In this document: positions 60,041 to 64,000 of the stretch, one piece after another
How the letters are laid out: each line of letters opens with the position of its first letter
Numbering within the stretch: position 1 is the first letter of the stretch
Source of the DNA: Terriglobia bacterium
GTDB taxonomy: Bacteria; Acidobacteriota; Terriglobia; 20CM-2-55-15
Direction of reading: 5' to 3'
Assembly: GCA_963664115.2 (NCBI GenBank)
Contig: CAXWPJ010000009.1
Span: 1,120,001 to 1,184,000, forward strand
DNA: 64,000 nucleotides
Notes under the pieces: generated by a model
Databases searched by the model: none
What the model saw: the letters and a program-made list of their open reading frames with translations, nothing else
What the model was told of the DNA's origin: nothing
Program-made: the position numbers and the translations under genes

Positions 60041-60052
60041 TTGATTCCCTGA

Positions 60053-62767
60053 CTATGACTGCATTTGTCTGAGAACGTACTGGAGGATGCCACCGTTTCG
60101 GAAGTAATCGATTTCAACCGGCGTATCCAGGCGAGCGACGACTTGGAAACGCTTTTCCTCTCCGTCTTTCGTCTGCGCAAATACGTCGAGGCGCTTTCCG
60201 GGCGTGAGGTTTTCCGCAATGCCGGTGATGTTGAATGTTTCGAATCCGGTTAGACCCATACTTTCCCTTCCTTCGCCGTCGGAAAACTGCAGCGGAAGAA
60301 CGCCCATTCCAATCAGATTGCTGCGGTGAATACGCTCATAACTTTCCACGATCACCGCTCGCACGCCGAGCAGGCTTGTGCCCTTGGCCGCCCAATCGCG
60401 TGAGGATCCTGAACCGTACTCTTTTCCCGCGATAACGACCAAGGGGGTGCGCGTGTCCTGATACTTCATGGCCGCGTCGTAAATCGACATCTGCTCCTTG
60501 CCGGGGAGGTGCAGAGTCCATCCACCCTCGGTGTCGGGAGCCATCTGATTTCGAAGCCGGATATTGCCGAAGGTTCCGCGCATCATCACTTCGTGATTCC
60601 CACGTCGGGAGCCATAGGAATTGAAGTCCTTGGGTTGCACGCCATTTCGGATCAGGTATTTTCCAGCCGGACCGTCTGTGGGTATGGCGCCTGCGGGGGA
60701 AATGTGGTCCGTGGTGACCGAATCGCCCAGGACAGCCAGGGCGTGCGCTCCGCGAATGTCTTCCAGTGGCGGAGCCTCGGGAGGCATGTTTTCGAAAAAG
60801 GGAGGACGTTTTACATATGTGGAGGCCGCATCCCAGTCATAACGGTTTCCGCCCGGAACCTCCAGGGCGTTCCAGCGTTCGTCGCCGGCCAGCGATTCCT
60901 CGTAGGCACGGTGGAACATCTCCGGTTTCAGCGTCGAATCGATGGCATCCCTGATTTCGTCGGGATCCGGCCAGATCTCTTCGAGATACACCGGTTGTCC
61001 GTCATTGCCCATACCCAGTGGTTCGTTCAGCAGATCGACGTTCATGTTGCCCGCTAGCGCGTAGGCAACGACGAGCGGTGGGGAAGCGAGGTAGTTCGTT
61101 TTGACCAGCGGGCTGATGCGGCCCTCAAAGTTCCGGTTTCCGCTCAGTACTGCCGAGACGACGAGATCACTTTGGTTGATGCCTTCCGCGATCGCTGTTG
61201 GCAGTGGCCCGCTGTTGCCGATGCAAGTCGTACAGCCGTAGCCCACCAGATGGAATCGTAAAGACTCCAAAGATTCCAGCAACCCCGTCTCCCGAAGGTA
61301 ATCGGTGACGACCCGGGAGCCTGGCGCCAGGCTTGTCTTCACCCAAGGCCGGGCGGAGAGTCCACGACGGACTGCGTTTCGCGCCAGGAGACCTGCTGCG
61401 ATCATCACTGACGGATTCGAGGTGTTCGTGCAACTGGTGATCGCCGCGATGACGACCGATCCATGACCGATCTCGAAGCTATCGGATCCAAGCGTGACAG
61501 GAACCGTTTTTTCGAGCCGCGTCGCTTCCGATTTGCCGTCGCCCGACCCATTGCTCGATCCATCGCTTAGCATGGACACGAGGGTCTTATGGAACGACTC
61601 CTTGGATTCGCCCAGAGGGATACGATCCTGCGGTCTCTTCGGACCCGCGATGCTCGGTTCGATCGAGCCCAGATCCAGTTCCACGATATCTGCAAAGGCC
61701 GGTTCGACGCTATCAGAGGTCTGGAACAATCCCTGTGCTTTCGTATAAGCCTCGACGCGGGCGATGGCTTCGGAAGATCGTCCCGTGAGCTTCATGTAGT
61801 TGAGGGTTTCCTCATCAACGGGAAAGAATCCGACCGTTGCCCCGTACTCGGGAGCCATGTTCGATATTGTGGCCCGGTCGGCCAGCGAGAGATTCCGGAC
61901 ACCGGGACCACAAAACTCCACGAACTTTCCGACGACACCTTTCTTTCGCAGTATCTGAACCACACGCAGGACGGCATCGGTTGCAGTGGATCCTTTCGGG
62001 AGTTCTCCATTCAGCCGGAAACCCACAACATCCGGGATCAGCATGGATATCGGGCAACCCAGCATTGCGCCTTCGGCCTCGATTCCGCCCACGCCCCAGC
62101 CCACGATGCCCATCGCGTTGATCATAGTCGTGTGTGAATCTGTTCCTACGAGCGTGTCCGGATACAGCAGGGCAGCGCCGTTCTCCTCTTTGAGGAATAC
62201 GACATGCGCCAGGTACTCCAGGTTGACCTGGTGCACGATGCCTGTATCAGGCGGGACAACGCGGAAGTTTTTGAAAGCGCCCTGTCCCCACTTGAGAAAG
62301 AGATAGCGCTCGCGGTTGCGCTCCAGTTCACGTTCCGCGTTGTATCCGAACGCTGAGGCCGTACCGAACTGATCCACCTGCACCGAGTGATCGATGACCA
62401 GATCTACAGGTTGCAGCGGATTGATCTGATCGGGATCGCCTCCCATTTCTTTGACGACGTCGCGCATCGTTGCCAGGTCGACAACCGCGGGAACGCCTGT
62501 AAAATCTTGCATTAACACTCGGGCCGGGCGAAAAGCGATCTCCCTTTCCGTTTTCGAGCCGACCGATGCAACCAGCGCGTGAATGTCATCGGCGGACACC
62601 GACTCGTTGTCTTCATGCCGCAACAAGTTTTCCAGCATGATCTTTAGGGATATGGGCAGCTGCGATACACCGCCTACGCCAGATTTTTCGAGAGCTCCAA
62701 GCGAAAAGTACCGAAAGGACTGGTTTCCAATATTGAGTGTGGAATCCGAACCAAAGCTATTTTGCAT
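60053..62767 (-). CDS. acnA: Aconitate hydratase A
   Basis: QDFTG, DSHT, SCTNT, GCTTCIGNSG, GSSRDWAAKG. Confidence 0.97.
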   Translation of the reverse strand: MQNSFGSDSTLNIGNQSFRYFSLGALEKSGVGGVSQLPISLKIMLENLLRHEDNESVSADDIHALVASVGSKTEREIAFRPARVLMQDFTGVPAVVDLATMRDVVKEMGGDPDQINPLQPVDLVIDHSVQVDQFGTASAFGYNAERELERNRERYLFLKWGQGAFKNFRVVPPDTGIVHQVNLEYLAHVVFLKEENGAALLYPDTLVGTDSHTTMINAMGIVGWGVGGIEAEGAMLGCPISMLIPDVVGFRLNGELPKGSTATDAVLRVVQILRKKGVVGKFVEFCGPGVRNLSLADRATISNMAPEYGATVGFFPVDEETLNYMKLTGRSSEAIARVEAYTKAQGLFQTSDSVEPAFADIVELDLGSIEPSIAGPKRPQDRIPLGESKESFHKTLVSMLSDGSSNGSGDGKSEATRLEKTVPVTLGSDSFEIGHGSVVIAAITSCTNTSNPSVMIAAGLLARNAVRRGLSARPWVKTSLAPGSRVVTDYLRETGLLESLESLRFHLVGYGCTTCIGNSGPLPTAIAEGINQSDLVVSAVLSGNRNFEGRISPLVKTNYLASPPLVVAYALAGNMNVDLLNEPLGMGNDGQPVYLEEIWPDPDEIRDAIDSTLKPEMFHRAYEESLAGDERWNALEVPGGNRYDWDAASTYVKRPPFFENMPPEAPPLEDIRGAHALAVLGDSVTTDHISPAGAIPTDGPAGKYLIRNGVQPKDFNSYGSRRGNHEVMMRGTFGNIRLRNQMAPDTEGGWTLHLPGKEQMSIYDAAMKYQDTRTPLVVIAGKEYGSGSSRDWAAKGTSLLGVRAVIVESYERIHRSNLIGMGVLPLQFSDGEGRESMGLTGFETFNITGIAENLTPGKRLDVFAQTKDGEEKRFQVVARLDTPVEIDYFRNGGILQYVLRQMQS

Positions 62768-62931
62768 CGTCGTGACGTGTCTCCTGGAAATATGCTGAAA
62801 GAGTGTCTTGAAGAATAGGAGCTTTCAACCCGTCATTATAGGCGAAATTGAGAGTGCGCCCCATGCTAAGCTGTACCGCGGATTACGCGGAATAGTTAAA
62901 TCTTGGGGCGTCATCCGTGTAATCCGTGCCT

Positions 62932-63453
62932 ATGTCCTTACGCGAGTACAACGGGATCAAGCCAAAGCTGGGAGAGCGTGTATTCATTGCGGAGGGGGCC
63001 CATATCATCGGTGACGTCGAGATCGGCGACGAATCCAGCATCTGGTTCAATACGATTCTCCGGGGCGATCTCCATCACATCCGGATCGGTCACCATACGA
63101 ACATTCAGGATGCCTCCATCTGTCACGTCCAGCGGAATCTATATCCGTGTGTCGTGGGCAACTACGTAACTGTGGGGCACGGCGTAATCCTGCATGGTTG
63201 TCGCGTTGAGTCGCATTGTCTGATCGGGATGCGGTCGACGATTCTCAACGACGTGCATATTGGCGCGGACTCGATTGTGGCTGCTGGTGCTCTAATTACC
63301 GAGGGCACGGTGATCCCTCCCCGCAGCATGGTCATGGGCATGCCGGCAAAGGTTAAGAGAGAAGTGACGGAAGATGAGATTGCGATGATTCACGGCTCCG
63401 CGCAGCACTATTGCGACTTCAAGAATACGTATTTGGAACAAGTTAAGGGTTAA
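62932..63453 (+). CDS. Gamma carbonic anhydrase-like protein
   Basis: LRGD, TNIQD, VTVGH..LHGC hexapeptide repeats. Confidence 0.9.
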   Translation: MSLREYNGIKPKLGERVFIAEGAHIIGDVEIGDESSIWFNTILRGDLHHIRIGHHTNIQDASICHVQRNLYPCVVGNYVTVGHGVILHGCRVESHCLIGMRSTILNDVHIGADSIVAAGALITEGTVIPPRSMVMGMPAKVKREVTEDEIAMIHGSAQHYCDFKNTYLEQVKG

Positions 63454-63528
63454 GGTTTACACGGCCAAACGACTCTCAACTCATAACTCTTAATCGTTTA
63501 GAGGCACCAGGCCATCGTTTTATAGCCC

Positions 63529-64000
63529 ATGATTCGAGCCGCCCGCGGTACATACGACATCCTTCCTCGAGATTCCGGCCTGTGGCATGCTATCGAGAGC
63601 CACATGCGGGAAGTATTCGCTTCGTACGCTTTCAGCGAGATTCGTACGCCCATATTTGAGGCGACGGAACTCTTTGTGAGGAGCGTCGGCACCGACACCG
63701 ACATCGTGTCCAAGGAGATGTACACCTTTATCGACAAAGATGAAACCACGTCCCTGACTTTGAGGCCGGAAGGGACGGCGCCGGTCGTACGCTCTTTTAT
63801 CGAAAATCACCTGGCTGATGAGTCCCGCATGGCAAAGCTTTTCTACATGGGGCCGATGTTTCGGCGGGAGCGCCCGCAAAAAGGCCGGTTCCGTCAGTTT
63901 TGTCAGGCGGGTGCCGAAGTCTTTTCGCTTACAGATAATCCGGCGATCGAAGCTGAAGTCGTCGAAATGTTGATGGTGCTCTTCGGAAGACTCGGTGTTT
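63529..64000 (+). CDS. hisS: Histidyl-tRNA synthetase (5' part; runs off the window)
   Basis: RGTYDILP, RTPIFE, KEMYTF, LRPEGTA, FRRERPQKGRFRQF. Confidence 0.95.
   Translation, partial: MIRAARGTYDILPRDSGLWHAIESHMREVFASYAFSEIRTPIFEATELFVRSVGTDTDIVSKEMYTFIDKDETTSLTLRPEGTAPVVRSFIENHLADESRMAKLFYMGPMFRRERPQKGRFRQFCQAGAEVFSLTDNPAIEAEVVEMLMVLFGRLGV

Overview
Bacterial DNA of roughly 58-60% GC by eye. The gene content (DUF6152-like proteins, remnants of kinase/beta-propeller genes) suggests Acidobacteriota, which is an inference. The window has three zones. (1) About 1-27.5 kb is an accessory mosaic of small, unrelated gene blocks, IS remnants and pseudogenes. It is punctuated by 14 full or near-full copies, plus 2 half copies, of a 34-bp dyad site with 14-6-14 geometry: TCAAGTCCTGA(G/T)AA-ATCATC-TT(C/G)TCGGACGTTGA. 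Four of the 14 are inverted and carry a different spacer. Many sites adjoin a 5' stub (MESGTxLGHYE..GxGGMGEVW) or a 3' stub (WFEELKERVPVP*) of a Ser/Thr kinase gene whose body is missing and replaced by cargo genes. This resembles a chromosomal array of dif/pdif-like recombination modules and is the most striking unexplained system here. No recombinase is encoded in the window. (2) About 16-36.6 kb, overlapping zone 1, holds an uncharacterised catabolic cluster: Rieske oxygenase, Tat-type ThDP enzyme plus cytochrome c, EutA-like ATPase without eutBC, three cupins, a Ni transporter, a PanB-like enzyme, an aldolase and a Zn dehydrogenase. (3) About 36.7-64 kb is mostly housekeeping (rnhB, clpS, fabG, pfkA, copA, acnA, hisS). 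It also contains a divergent IlvD/Edd homolog, an IS1380, and an IS3 that joins two truncated genes. All calls come from reading motifs by eye; no searches were run.
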